NCBI GenBank assembly: GCA_012295275.1
Contig: CM022672.1
Location: forward strand, 27,156,001 to 27,220,000
From: Chrysomallon squamiferum
Taxonomy: Eukaryota; Animalia; Mollusca
Length of the DNA: 64,000 bases
Reading direction: 5' to 3'
In this document: positions 31,245 to 43,460 of the stretch, piece after piece
Layout of the letters: the number at the start of each line of letters is the position of its first letter
Position numbering within the stretch: position 1 is the first letter of the stretch
The notes under the pieces: model-generated
The model's database searches: none
The model's input: the letters and a program-made list of their open reading frames with translations, nothing else
Told to the model about the DNA's origin: nothing
Translations under genes and position numbers: made by a program

Positions 31245-34200
31245 GTAGTTGTAGTTGTAGTAATAATAAACAAATAAGGAAACAAACAAACAAATATCAA
31301 ACAAACGAATAAATAAATAAACAAACAAACAAAATAAATAAAAACCACAACAAACAACAAAACCCATATTTTGATAATAAGACATTATATTAGTTTAAAT
31401 TTTGTCGCTTCTAAGATCATGATTTTAAATTAAAGACTGTTTATATTGAATTCGTCGCAATTTGGAGAGAAAAAGGTTTCCGAAAAAGAAATTTAATGTT
31501 CAATAAATGTGAGATATTACAATTATGAATTTTCGTTTTTTCAGAGCTGTTTTATGATATTTCATTTCATCTTGGTGACTCACAGCAAAATTACTATTAC
31601 AGTTTGGTGTTTGTTTGTTTTGGGTTTTTTTTGGGGTTGTGGCAAAGGGTTTCGGTTAAGTGAGATTAAGGAAAAATAAACTTTAGGAATGATTTTTTTA
31701 GATAGGTTATCCAACTTCTCTAACAAAAAGAAAAAAAGTGTTTTGTTAGATTTTATTTAATATAAAGTGTTTTCATTGTAAACATATATCGATTATATGT
31801 TCTCCAATTTCCGACATTATATTTTAATCAATGTTCATAATTTTTTAAAACTATTTGATAACAGACATCTGTTAAATTACTAACAACATACTTCAGACAT
31901 GAACAACAAATCGATTTTTGCACTTGACCCTTCAAAGTAACTTTTATACTTATAGCTGTAACGTGATACGAAAATGTGGCTTGGCTAACTGTTAATAAAT
32001 CAACCAAATAATAACTAAATGAACGAATGAACAAATGAACGAATGAACAAATAAACAAATAAACAAATAAACAAATAAACAAATAAAACACTTACCTGTT
32101 CTCCTCGCCTTCCAGCAGCTGTCGGTAGCAGCAGATCTCGAGTTCCAAGGAAAGTTTGGCGTCCATGAGATGACGAAGTTGTTCAATACAAGCCTCCAGT
32201 TCTTGCTGCAGACGGTCTACGTCACCTCGCAGTTTCATGTTGGTTTCCTCGTATTCGTTTCTAAGTTCCATCAGCTGCCTCTGCAGATCAGCAACCTCTC
32301 CTTCGAGAATTCGAGCCTAGATAAAACAAACCAAAAACGTATATAAAAAAATAAATAAATTCAGTATATATAAAGGCTTCAAACAATGCATATAATTATT
32401 TATACTTCTGTGTATTTATTATGTTTTGTCCAAAACTGGCAGTTCAGTATTGTTTTGTAATCTACGAATACATAGAGAAATGCTGCTTATGAAAGGAACG
32501 TCCAACATAGTTTTTCCCAATCCAAACCTTTAAAATAAATTAAATCATTTAGTCTTACAATTAAAATATTTTTTACGTCACTGAGCAATGATGATGATGA
32601 TTAAAACAATGTTTTTTTTTTATAGTTTTGTTGGATATCTAGCATTTTAAACTTATGTTACATTTGTATTCATATGGAAATTATGTTGTATAAATACACT
32701 TTTTACTGTTAGATAAAGACAGTTCTAATCAGTGTGGTTAAAGTCTGCTTACTCTAGCCTCCGCATCGCTCAGAGCAGACGTCTTTTCGCTGAGCTGTCC
32801 CTTCAGTTTCTTGATCTCATCTCTCATGTGCGTCATCTCCAGGTTATCCTTGACAGCGCCTCCTTGGATCTGGCGCAGCTGAAACAGTCCAAAGAAATAA
32901 CGTGGTCACAGAATGAAATTATAATTATTTCCATTATGAAATTCATATTTAATTCCCTCTGTTACATATTATCATTATATATATACATATCTTTATTTTA
33001 ATTTTTTTTAGTAGCCTAAAGAAATGTCAGCCTAATAATAAATGTACATAATTATATTATATTCGCAATAACTGCGCGGTTCAATTTCCGGTGGAATGAA
33101 AATAGACAAAAATAAAATAAAATGAAATGAAATAAAATAAAAGAAGTAGAAAATGTTAATAATTGTGAAAAAAAAAAAATCTTACTGTCGTCACAAAACA
33201 ACTACAAAATGTATTAGATAGTAACTGTGTAGTATCGTGTGTTTATGACACAGGTGTTAAAGGTAAAACGTGTGTTTATGACACAGGTGTTAAAGGTAAA
33301 ACGTGTGTTTATGACACAGGTGTTAAAGGTAAAACCTGTGTCTACCTGCATGGCGTATCTGTTCTCAATCTCCTGCCTCATCAGCTCCACGGTGTTCTGG
33401 TACTCGGCGTTCAAGTCGTGCACGCATTCCTTCAGCTTGCTGTCCCAGTACGACTTCATGTCCAAGCCCTGGATCGTCAGCTTCGTCTCGCCCTTGGGTA
33501 CCTGAAAGTACAAAACATCACACGTTACTGAGAACACTTAAACACAGTGTTACCTACATTAACTACTTGTAAAGTATTAACAGAAACTGCATCTATGATA
33601 CTGATGATTAATAATTATAATGATGATGATGGTGGTGATAATAATAATAATGAATGACGTAGAAGTACTAATTAAAATGCAGAATAGCAAAGACAGAAAG
33701 GATAATATACAAACTATGAAACAAAGTTTTATTACGCTTAATTAAAAGGATATTCCTATTTCTACATCTTGAAATAATTACATAGAAACTCAAATGTAAG
33801 ATGTTTATATTGCAAGGGCCTTTGACATGTTATTCATTTGAAATTTACTCTATCCTGAAATAAGTGTATCAATTTATCTTCTTAGTATGTGTAGATTAAA
33901 ACGGATATTGTTTATTAGGAAAATCTTCCATCATTCAAGCACATAGGTTTAAGGCAACATGAAGCCCAGTTAACAATTTAGGTAAACTTTCTCACTCGTT
34001 AGAATACTGATTTTTGTTTGATTTTGTTTTTAATAAATGCTAGAAAAATTGCATGTTGGACTAAAGAAATCACTGTGGCTGGGATGTGCATGATCAAGGT
34101 TTAAATTAAATGTAAAATAAGAAACTTGCCTTGTCCAGAAGAGCTTTGTAGAACTCGCATTCCTCTTCGAAGCTCTGGGCTCGGTTGTCAGCTTCAATGT

Positions 34201-35999
34201 GACACTGTGTTTCGTGATCCAGATCCTGAAGAAAAACAAAGGGAAAACAAACATATTAGCATAAAATTATATTGTATTTATAAATATGAAATTATATAAA
34301 TACTTTTTTGTTTCAAACGAATTCAACTTTAGTCGGTCTCTGCCACTGACTACGTATAATATTGTATTGGCGAGTTTTAGCAACCAATCAACTCTGTATT
34401 TTATTTTATTTTCTTCATTCTAGTCATGATGAATCTTGTACATGTTTTATTGACATTATTAATTTATATAACAATAAATAAATAAAACTGTTGAAATGGA
34501 TGTTATAATTTTTTTTTGAAAATTGATAATAAATAGAATAATGTAAAAGTTAATAAGCAATTTTTAGTGAATGATTCTTTTTCAAGAAACGTTTTCAAGG
34601 TAATAAATGAAGTATATTTAAAGAGTTATTTTAAGACGTATAATAAGTCTTAATCTATAAACAAGAAAATAAATTTCTGTACTGTGTATAAATTATTATT
34701 CACTTTTTATTTATTTTTCTCTTTATACTTATAAACTTTAATTTTTCGTTTTAAATATAATATTTAGCTTTTAGTGTTCTCATCATATCTTTTTCATCCG
34801 TTTACAAATTGCCTGTTTATATGAAAGAATCGAATTTCAGAATAAGGTAAAACGAGTATATTATCATTTCAGACTTTGACTTTTAGCCGATATATGAGTA
34901 CACTGTTTTCAACTTTTAATTTAATTTCTCTTCATTTATTATTAAAAACAAGGATTAAAAATCATTTCAGCATTACTGGTAACGTTTTCATTGTCGTCAG
35001 TTTACCATTGTTACACCTCTCTCTGTCTTTCTATCTATCTACCCATTCACCTGTCTGTCTTTCTGTTTCAGACTATCCATCTATCTCTTTGTCTCTTTAT
35101 CTATCAGTCTGTTCGTCTAGCTTTATATTTGTCTGTTGTCTATCTATCTATCTATCCCTCTATCTGTCTGTCTATCCATCTGTCTGCATAATCTATCTGT
35201 ATCTTATAATATTTATTTTACTTACAGCTCTAAGTTTTCTAATGTCATCCATGGCTTTGTTGTAGAGTTCTCTAAGTTTGTCATTGTCAGCCTCCTGGTG
35301 CTTGATTCTCACTCTCAGAGTTCCCAGCTCCCCCTCGTACTCGCCAATCTGCTGAGTCAGCTGGTTAATTTTACTCTGGTAGTCGGCCTTGTGGCGAAGC
35401 ATAATGTCGATACTGGTAGAAAGAGAAATATCGAAAACATTTATTGTTTTATTTAATGATTTTAAAACTATTTAACCTTACATTTAAATAGTTGTGTACT
35501 AGAAATTAAAGACAAGATCATTTTAGTTCTAATTTAATAATTTTTGTATCGCTTAAAGTTAAAGTTTTATATTCGAAATTAAGAAAAAAGAGAACAGTTT
35601 TAACTGAACGACTTCAATATTAAAATAAATACAAATAAGGAGTTAATTAAAAATTATAATTTTAATGTCCTATATTTAAAATGAGAACTGAAACATCAAT
35701 TTTGGTTAAATGCATCTGTATTAAAAATCGTTAAAATTTGTAATTGCATGTAAAGAGAATTAAGCTGTTGTTTATTTAATGTATGGAGAAAGCGTCATTT
35801 GTTTATTCAAATAATAAATTTAGCACGTTGACATCTACCAGTTGTTCGCATAGTAAGAATAGAAAAATAAATGTTTTAACTTGTCAATTACAGCTGAATG
35901 GTTTTTTGTTTCAGAAAGATGTTTGTACAGTTATTTATAACATAATCATTTATCTAAATAGTGAAAAACTAAAGTACTAATTTTTAAAATGTATTATTA

Positions 36000-36037
<38 letters not shown>

Positions 36038-37078
36038 GAAAATAATAAAATATATTAATATTTACTATCTTTTTGTTCATTACTATTAAATTTATGTTCT
36101 AGAACTTAGTAAGATATGCTATTTATTTAATTGTTTGTGTTACAACACACGGCACATTTCAAAATAATCAAGGGACATAACTAACTCAATCAGTATAATG
36201 TGGTTATCTCCCTTGGATATTTTACAATCTTTCTCGGGAAAAAAAAAAAAAAAAAAAAAAAAATCTGAGTCAAACTGACCAGACGATAATTAATAACAGA
36301 CGAGACTGGAGTTACGTCTCCGGAGAGACCAAAATCGATTTCTTATAAAGAACAAAGTAATGATATGTTTCTTTTCACGAAAGTTAAGAGTGGTTATATT
36401 TCTAAAAATAGTATCGTTTCCAATGCAAAATGAATGTGCAGCTGCCGGCAGTAAGTAACGTTAATTATTGACGAGAGACTAGGAAGACTGATTATAATAC
36501 TAGAAAAAAATATATGTATTGAAATTATTCTGTTTGTGAATGTATATTTTTATCTTCATGTTTGAAAGATTTATTTGCTTATTTGTTTGTTTGTGTTTGT
36601 TTGTTATATTTTCTGTATTATCTACATTTTTTTTTTTTTTTCGTTGGCTAAATTAAATTATTTTCAGTAATCGTTTTATTAATAAACTTAGTTGTTTTTT
36701 GGGGGAGTTTGTTTGTTTGTTTTTTTTATTGTTTGTTTGTTTTTGTTTTTTTCTTTAAATAGAATTTTGTTATTAAATAACAAACTGGAAGCTAAACGAT
36801 GAAGGAATAGTTTTGATCTCTCTGGTTTAAAAATGTTCTCTTAGTTTTACTATTATTATTATGTAACGTTTTAAGAAGAATTGCTTAATGTGGAGCTGCC
36901 GAGTTCTGATCTCGGTAGTAAATCATATACATTCGAAAGTCAAATTTAATATTTTAAATAAGTATTAATTTCTTTTTTATAAATATAATAAACACGTCTT
37001 GCATAAGTCTAGTCTATATAGTTCAAACAGAATTTATTAGAGTTCATATTTATCATGCTAATTATGTCTAGTTATTCA

Positions 37079-37135
<57 letters not shown>

Positions 37136-37743
37136 TTATGCATGTATTTTAATCTGCTATATATGTGAGAAAAATTATACCGAAATAAAACACTGTTACT
37201 GTTTGTTTAAGAAAAATAATTTGTAGTATGAAAATCTCATATCTGTTCTTTAAATGTCCTCTGACAAAATATTCTACATTTTTTTTCAGAGTGATTTTGT
37301 TTCCATTCTTTGTATGACACGATACGCAGCAATTAATCAAATTAATGTTTGGAATGATAATAAAATAATGCCGCTAGATCGTAGCAACGTTTCCCTGTAC
37401 TATTTCAAACGAGCACTGACACATTAAATAACAAAGGAATAAAAAGTAAAAATATTACATTTTGCTGTTTACACATGTAGGCATTTATAATGAGTATAAG
37501 AACAAAAGATGTAAAAAAGTGGAATATATTAAATTATGCTGTTTTTACTAGTGCAAGGTCACTGTACTACTTAATATGTTGATCATATATAACACATTTT
37601 TTTTTTTTTTTAAATAGACATGTTTTATTTTCAATACATTTAATTCTGCTGTGACAAACTGTTTAAAAAAATATAACACAAATACCTTAGCGAGTATACA
37701 AACAATTGGAGTACACCTTTATATATATGTAATTAAAGATAGG

Positions 37744-37783
<40 letters not shown>

Positions 37784-38859
37784 GTAATAATAATAATAAT
37801 AATTGTTGTTAGTGTTGTTGTTCCTGCTGTTCTTGTTGTTGTGATTATTAATTACTGTGTTAAACTAAACAAAAGGATATTTTAAAATAATTTATTATCT
37901 ATACAAAAATAATAAGATAAGTTATGTATTTGTTTATCTCTGTATTGCAAGTATCTTAGGTATAAATAGGTGTATATGTTGTGCTTGTCAGACATGTTCT
38001 TAACATAAATTTTAGTAAAATTTGTTTAGGAATAAAATAATGCAACAGTCAGGTTCCCACGTTCTTATACTTTATGTGGAGCACATGATCGAAGGCCGTT
38101 GCTTTAGATTATATATTTTGGATCATTAACAATTAATCTCAGGGTCAACAGTTCACGACTTCAGTTACAAAATAACGCCTTTGTTGCAGCCTTGGTAACA
38201 AGAAACAAGACGTATACAGTTTTTCCTAATTATAATAATTTATGAACCGTTTTCAATATGGCTGCTCTGTACGCCGTATCGAACGTTCAAGCACGTGGAT
38301 TATGTGGACCATAAACCGCTGAAGATGATTCGAGCTAGGCCTGCAGGCGCCGTCAGCAAAAACTGATCGATCAAACACTGAATGCTTCACTAAATTTGTC
38401 GACGTGTCTACAAGTGTCAGTGCAGGAATGGCATTCATGCTATAAAACTCCAATAAAGATCGATTATGCATTCGCATCATCCTTGGATTCGTTTTCCTGT
38501 TGATTGTTGCACTGTTACTGTTGTGGTAATTTGGTTGCATCATCATCAAGCAGACGATAATAGCCGGGTCGTAGGTTAACTCGCTTTTATTACCTATCAG
38601 ATGACGTGGCTTTTACACAATAACCCAGATAAAACGAGCTTTTTTGTAACTGACAGTTTTACACAGATGTTTTAAAATATTTATTCCATTAATATAAAAG
38701 AGTTGGAGAGTAGTAGATCAATAACTACGTAAATTATGACGAGAATTTAAGCAAAAATGACCCAGATAAGTTTATATTTTTATTATAGTAGATGTTAATT
38801 TTTTTTTAATTTCGTTTCCTCACCATTTTGTAATAAATAATGAATCGATAACTATACAC

Positions 38860-38905
<46 letters not shown>

Positions 38906-40051
38906 AGTAAATAAATAAATAAAAATTCAATGACATTTTAAATTCAAATTGGAACAATTTACAAAACACTTGATTAAACAACCACTGCTATGATTTATTT
39001 ATATGCTTCATATTATGTACGTGTTTCAGCAATTCGTGTACTCGTGAAATAAAACAACAAGACGGGGTGGGCGCCGGTTGCCACCCTGCTTACTGCTTCG
39101 CAACTCGACTGTTTTTCACAGACCTTATTATTCTGTTACAGTATCGATATTGTTCAGTTGTGTTCAAAAATGCTTTAAACATTTACACCGTGTGTTTCAA
39201 AGAGGTGTTATAAATGACAGCTGTTTATTACTTATATCGTCAGGTCTAACATTGCCCAGCAATTGATTTGTATGTTAATTACACGACATAAAACTAAGTA
39301 TACTGTTAAGTAATAGATAGAAAATATAAATACGGGTCATTAAATTAATATTTTGAACAAAAATGTTTGGATAAAGTTTTAACCTGTGATGGCTCTTTTA
39401 TATTTACCCCCTTTTTTTTCCATCTACCTTTTACAATTGTGAAAATGTACAAGGCGTGTATATGTTTGTTTGCATTCATTTACCTGAAATATTTTTATCC
39501 TGGCTAAAGTTAGAATTGTACCTGCCCTAACCTTTGACACACTGTCACTTAAAGCAGACGTCCCATCCCTTTCGTTCGCCATTTTATCTGGATGTCAATT
39601 AACAAACGTTTGAGTGCCATGGTTCCGCGTGCGAACTTGTGAATTTGTACTTCAAAGGGACATGTTCTGTCAATACGAGGTTATTTGCCGAGTTAGCAGA
39701 CGACAACGGTAGCACGAACGACTGCAATCCGATCTCAATCATTTCTTATTCACATCTGCATAATTTTTTCTTTAATAAGAGACGCGTGTTTGTTTATTCG
39801 TTACAGGAATTTTATCAACAAGTTACTGTACAGGTAAGTGTTTACAATTAAGCGCCTGAAATATCTAACATTAAACTGGGACATTTTAATTTTATGTGAC
39901 AGTCGATCTTGGTAAAATATGACGTAACACCCACACAAAAAACTGTGCATCATTTGACAGGTACTCATTAGTAAATGTTAATGAGGTGAAAAAGGATTTA
40001 TTTATTTATTTATTTACATGATAAAAATAAATAAATAAATAAATAAAATAA

Positions 40052-40095
<44 letters not shown>

Positions 40096-40688
40096 GCATT
40101 GATTTGCATTCTTTAACAGCGTGTGCTAAGTATTATCACCAGACGATACGGTTACTCTCGTGGTCAGCAAGTACCGGTTTGGCAAGTTATCGTGTTGCCG
40201 GTGACCTTACACCCAACAGAAAACTGTGAATTCTAATGAATGACGTTATAACGATCAGGTAGTCAGTTGCCTTGCCCGAAAGGCATACAAAAGCAGCTGT
40301 CAATCATTCATGTAATGCCCCCAAGCATACAAAATCCACATCTAGCTCCCAAACTCGAGAAGGGAGGCGTGGCACTTTATATATAGTTTGCCGGCCGGTA
40401 TGAGACAAGTTTTACGTATACGTATTGATTTATGATTCTGACATGGTTTGACATATTGAACAAAATGAAGTAATGAAGTTAAACAAATATATATTAAATA
40501 ATGATAGTGTGTCATCTTTAACATTAAAATGCCGTGGGAAATACCAAGGAAATGCCTACATTTTAGTAAATAATTTTTTCTGCTTGTATAAATTTTGAAC
40601 ATTTTTTTCTCTCTGCTGCAACTCATGTAAAATTTTTTTATCCTGAATCGTATTTTTGTTTGTTTCGTGTATAGATCACATTATTGGT

Positions 40689-40725
<37 letters not shown>

Positions 40726-41275
40726 ACACTTTTTATGTAAATGTGGTAGTTTTGTTCAGTTTTTAAATCTGTACTTACGTTCCTTGGAGCCGGTCCACCT
40801 CATCCTGGAGGCCGGCGAGCTTGGCGTCCGTGCCAGCTTTCTCCTTGGACAGTTCTTCTATCACCTTCCTCGCCTCGGCCAGCTCAGCCTCGTACATATC
40901 CCGGATGGGCTGCAAATCGAACTTGCCCACCCCTTGCAGCTGATTCAGTTGGTCCTCCAGCATTTTGCATTTTGCTTCTAAGAAACGAACTTTATCGATG
41001 TACGTGGCAAGACGTTCGTTGAGATTTTGCAACTGAGTCTTCTCCTTCTGTCGGATATCCTTGAAGTCGGCGACACCAGAGCTCGAGATGGCCTGGAAGG
41101 TGCCAGCAGAAAGGCTTGGACCCGAGGACAATCTGACAGAACTATAACCCTGACGACTAATTGGTCCTCCATAGCTCTGGCGCTGAATGATGGTTGTGTT
41201 ACCTCGAGAACCTAGGAAAGGTTTGAGATTAGAACGAATCTCTGTAGTTTCCGTCTTCTGGGTGGTTTTCGACAT
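21167..41275 (-). CDS. Invertebrate cytoplasmic intermediate filament protein with lamin-tail domain (Helix non-neuronal IF A/B or RGP51-like), about 587 aa; exons 41275-40779, 35412-35226, 34225-34130, 33501-33346, 32878-32753, 32316-32096, 30995-30910, 22976-22849, 22648-22538, 21930-21814, 21205-21167
   Basis: Coil 1A start [23 protein letters not shown]; coil 2 end [25 protein letters not shown]; tail [28 protein letters not shown]...MAGWKIKK...[12 protein letters not shown]. No NLS or CaaX is apparent, so it is cytoplasmic rather than a lamin. Exon phases are consistent and sum to 1764 nt. [23 protein letters not shown] and [15 protein letters not shown] resemble the Helix non-neuronal IF as I recall it. 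Confidence 0.93.
21814..21930 (-). CDS. IF coding exon 10 (lamin-tail domain)
   Basis: [39 protein letters not shown]; 117 nt. Confidence 0.9.
22538..22648 (-). CDS. IF coding exon 9 (lamin-tail domain)
   Basis: [37 protein letters not shown]; 111 nt. Confidence 0.93.
22849..22976 (-). CDS. IF coding exon 8 (start of lamin-tail domain)
   Basis: [42 protein letters not shown]; 128 nt. Confidence 0.93.
23205..23283 (-). mobile_element. Fragment of a Nin/Deu-domain SINE-like repeat
   Basis: AGCAGCAAGGGCTATTTTATATGCACTTTCCCACA is the reverse complement of a GTGCATATAAAA..CCCTTGCTGC core that I recall from molluscan Nin-domain SINEs. Confidence 0.5.
25227..25244 (-). CDS. Candidate 18-nt in-frame microexon of the IF gene (S-L-E-H-R-G)
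   Basis: ttttaatttcaccag|GTTTAGAACACCGAGGAG|gtaaga; phase 1-1, no stop. Confidence 0.55.
25460..25690. repeat. Diverged minisatellite of about 38-40 bp (4-5 copies)
   Basis: Recurring GTTGTCCTGGTTTTATAnACGTTAT..AACAC. Confidence 0.75.
28850..28920. repeat. (ATT)n microsatellite
   Basis: Read directly from the sequence. Confidence 0.9.
30910..30995 (-). CDS. IF coding exon 7 (start of tail; read-through gives Ser-stop ending at 30905)
   Basis: [28 protein letters not shown]; donor A|gttagt. Confidence 0.92.
32096..32316 (-). CDS. IF coding exon 6 (end of coil 2B)
   Basis: ...[24 protein letters not shown]; 221 nt. Confidence 0.95.
32753..32878 (-). CDS. IF coding exon 5
   Basis: [42 protein letters not shown]; 126 nt. 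Confidence 0.93.
33236..33334. repeat. Perfect 33-bp minisatellite, 3 copies, next to the IF exon 4 donor
   Basis: CGTGTGTTTATGACACAGGTGTTAAAGGTAAAA three times. Confidence 0.95.
33346..33501 (-). CDS. IF coding exon 4 (linker L12, coil 2A)
   Basis: [52 protein letters not shown]; 156 nt. Confidence 0.93.
34130..34225 (-). CDS. IF coding exon 3 (GC donor)
   Basis: [32 protein letters not shown]; 96 nt; donor AAG|gcaagt. Confidence 0.88.
35226..35412 (-). CDS. IF coding exon 2 (coil 1B)
   Basis: [35 protein letters not shown]...IRKLRA; 187 nt. Confidence 0.93.
37081..37134. repeat. (TG)n microsatellite
   Basis: Read directly from the sequence. Confidence 0.9.
40779..41275 (-). CDS. IF coding exon 1 (head, coil 1A, start of coil 1B)
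   Basis: Matches ORF 40775..41275; donor gtaagt at 40778. Confidence 0.95.
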
Positions 41276-41399
41276 GATGAATTAATGTAGTATTACACGC
41301 TGAATTCTAGGGAAACAAAAATGAGAAGAACTGTTTGCAACCTCCTTGCGAATCCGTGCACAAAACCGATCGGTACCTTCTCCTTCGGATGACACTAAA

Positions 41400-41565
41400 C
41401 GACTGACGTTGAACGCTACAGCTGTCAAACCAAAATCGCCGGTAGCCCAGCGATGGGAGGTGACAAATCCATATAAGGCCAGGCACTATTTCCGGTCGCT
41501 CATGCTCAGTAAGGACTTTTTCGTTTCAGTACACTGTACTTACACGACAGTTTTTCTGACTCATT
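41400..41565 (-). promoter_or_regulatory. Putative IF promoter or enhancer with a CArG box (CCATATAAGG, 41469-41478) and an AP-1 site (TGACTCA, 41557-41563)
   Basis: Exact consensus matches about 200-290 bp upstream of the ATG, in a locally GC- and CpG-richer segment. Confidence 0.45.
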
Positions 41566-43034
41566 TGCAAACTTGCAGAACTCGTTTCTAAAAAGGATCA
41601 CAAACAAATTTTGCACGCATTGTTGGCTACGAAACCCTACATGGTATACGAACGTACAAACTTATTATTTATTTTTACACGAATGCTGTGATCTGTGTGA
41701 AACTGAAATCGTGCACATTCAGCGAAGCCAAGCCTTTAACACAGACTATTCTTTCGATCAATAACTCTGTACACACAAACCCACTCTGTATTTCAAGGGT
41801 AAAGAAAGGGCGAAGTTTATTCTGTATATTCATAGACATGCAAATACTCAACCAGAGACCAAATCTTAAATAATTATTTATCAGTGTAATAATATCTGTG
41901 GAGCGATAACCAGTTCATTTTTCTTTAACCCTTAAACGTAGTTTTAGACTGGGTAACCGCTCTGTTTGTGTGTAAATTAATTATTTTTAATTGCCTGAGT
42001 AAAATGTAAAATCATTTTTACGGATAAACTGTTATGAAGCAAACTTACACATAGCTAAGCAAATTCTTTCATGAAAATAAATTTAAAAAAATAATAATAA
42101 TAAAAATAAATATTAAGAAATAATAACAACATTTTTGAAAAAATAATACTAACACAGAGAGTCGACATTTGTCATTAAATTTCAGTAATTTGTTTCTCGC
42201 TATTAGTGACAATTTCTGCTTGACTGCAGGCGTGTAGTTGTAGCTGACATATTCACAGGTCATGTTAACCGTAGGCTACTTTATTTTTAACCACTTGTGG
42301 ACACAGGGATAGCATTGTCGAACGGGACAAGAAGAAAAAATAAATAAAAAATAAAACCTTGCCGTTAAAACAGCAGTAGATAAGTTCGGTGAGATTTTCT
42401 GAGTTTAATTTTAATCGCCTAAGCTCGGATTTTTACCTGTCGAAGGTTGCCGTGCTGGTCACGGTCTGTTGGTTGCGTGCGACTCGCTGTAACTGTTAAT
42501 ATCTGTATTTTCCCAGTTGTCGGGCTCTGCTTCACGAATTTTTAAGGAAAAGACATTTATATTGCACTTATTTTGTACATTAACGTTAAACTGTGTGTGA
42601 GAAACCTGAATATATAGCCACTTAAAATCATTTTAATTGCAGTTTTTATTTTTCCCGAATAAAAAAACAATTGAGAAATGATTTTGGGGGTTTTATTCAG
42701 ATCAAAAACTTTTGAATAGTGTATATAATGTGTGTGTGTGGGGTGGGTTTTGATTTAGTACACACATATAACTATAGGCAACCGTTAATTCATATATATA
42801 TAAATTTTATTTTATATATATATATATTTTTTTTTTGTTCTTATAAATTCTTGTACTAACGTTTACATATTCCTACTATTTTATACTTTTAGCGTTTCGG
42901 ATACGTAATACAATATTTTAGTTTTTATAAATTAGGTAGAAATTTTGAACGGAGATATTTTCTCAGTCGGTATACTTTACAGCATTATCATTATTTGATA
43001 ATTACGCAATGTAGATGATGTTGTGACCTGAACT

Positions 43035-43460
43035 AGTAATAGCAGTAGTAGAAGTAGTAGTAGCAGCAGCAGCAACAAAGCGACAGTGGTGGTAAATTTT
43101 CTAGCAGTGGCAAAAGCTGCAGTAGGTGATTTAGTAGTAGTAGTTGTAGTAGTACTAGTAGCAGTAGTAGTATTTGCAGTAGCAGAAACAACGATAGTAG
43201 TAGTAGTTGTAAGAATAATAGTAGTTGCAGTAGTAGAAGGTGTAGTATTAATTGTAGTTAAAGTTGAGAATGGTTGTGATACTTGTAGTAGTAATAATAA
43301 AAATATAGTAACAGTAGCAGCAGAAATAGCCGCAGTAGTAGTAGTAGTAGTAGTAGAGTAGTAAAAGCAGTTGTAAAAAGTTGTGATTTCAGTTGTTATA
43401 GAACTATTTTTATTTTTATTTTACAGCAGCAGTAGCAACAACAACAACAACAACAACAGC
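43035..43460. repeat. Degenerate (GTA/GCA/CAA)n trinucleotide region
   Basis: Read directly from the sequence. Confidence 0.8.

Noticed and set aside
21167-41275. Calling the IF gene a nuclear lamin
   Set aside because: No basic NLS between rod and tail domain and no C-terminal CaaX.
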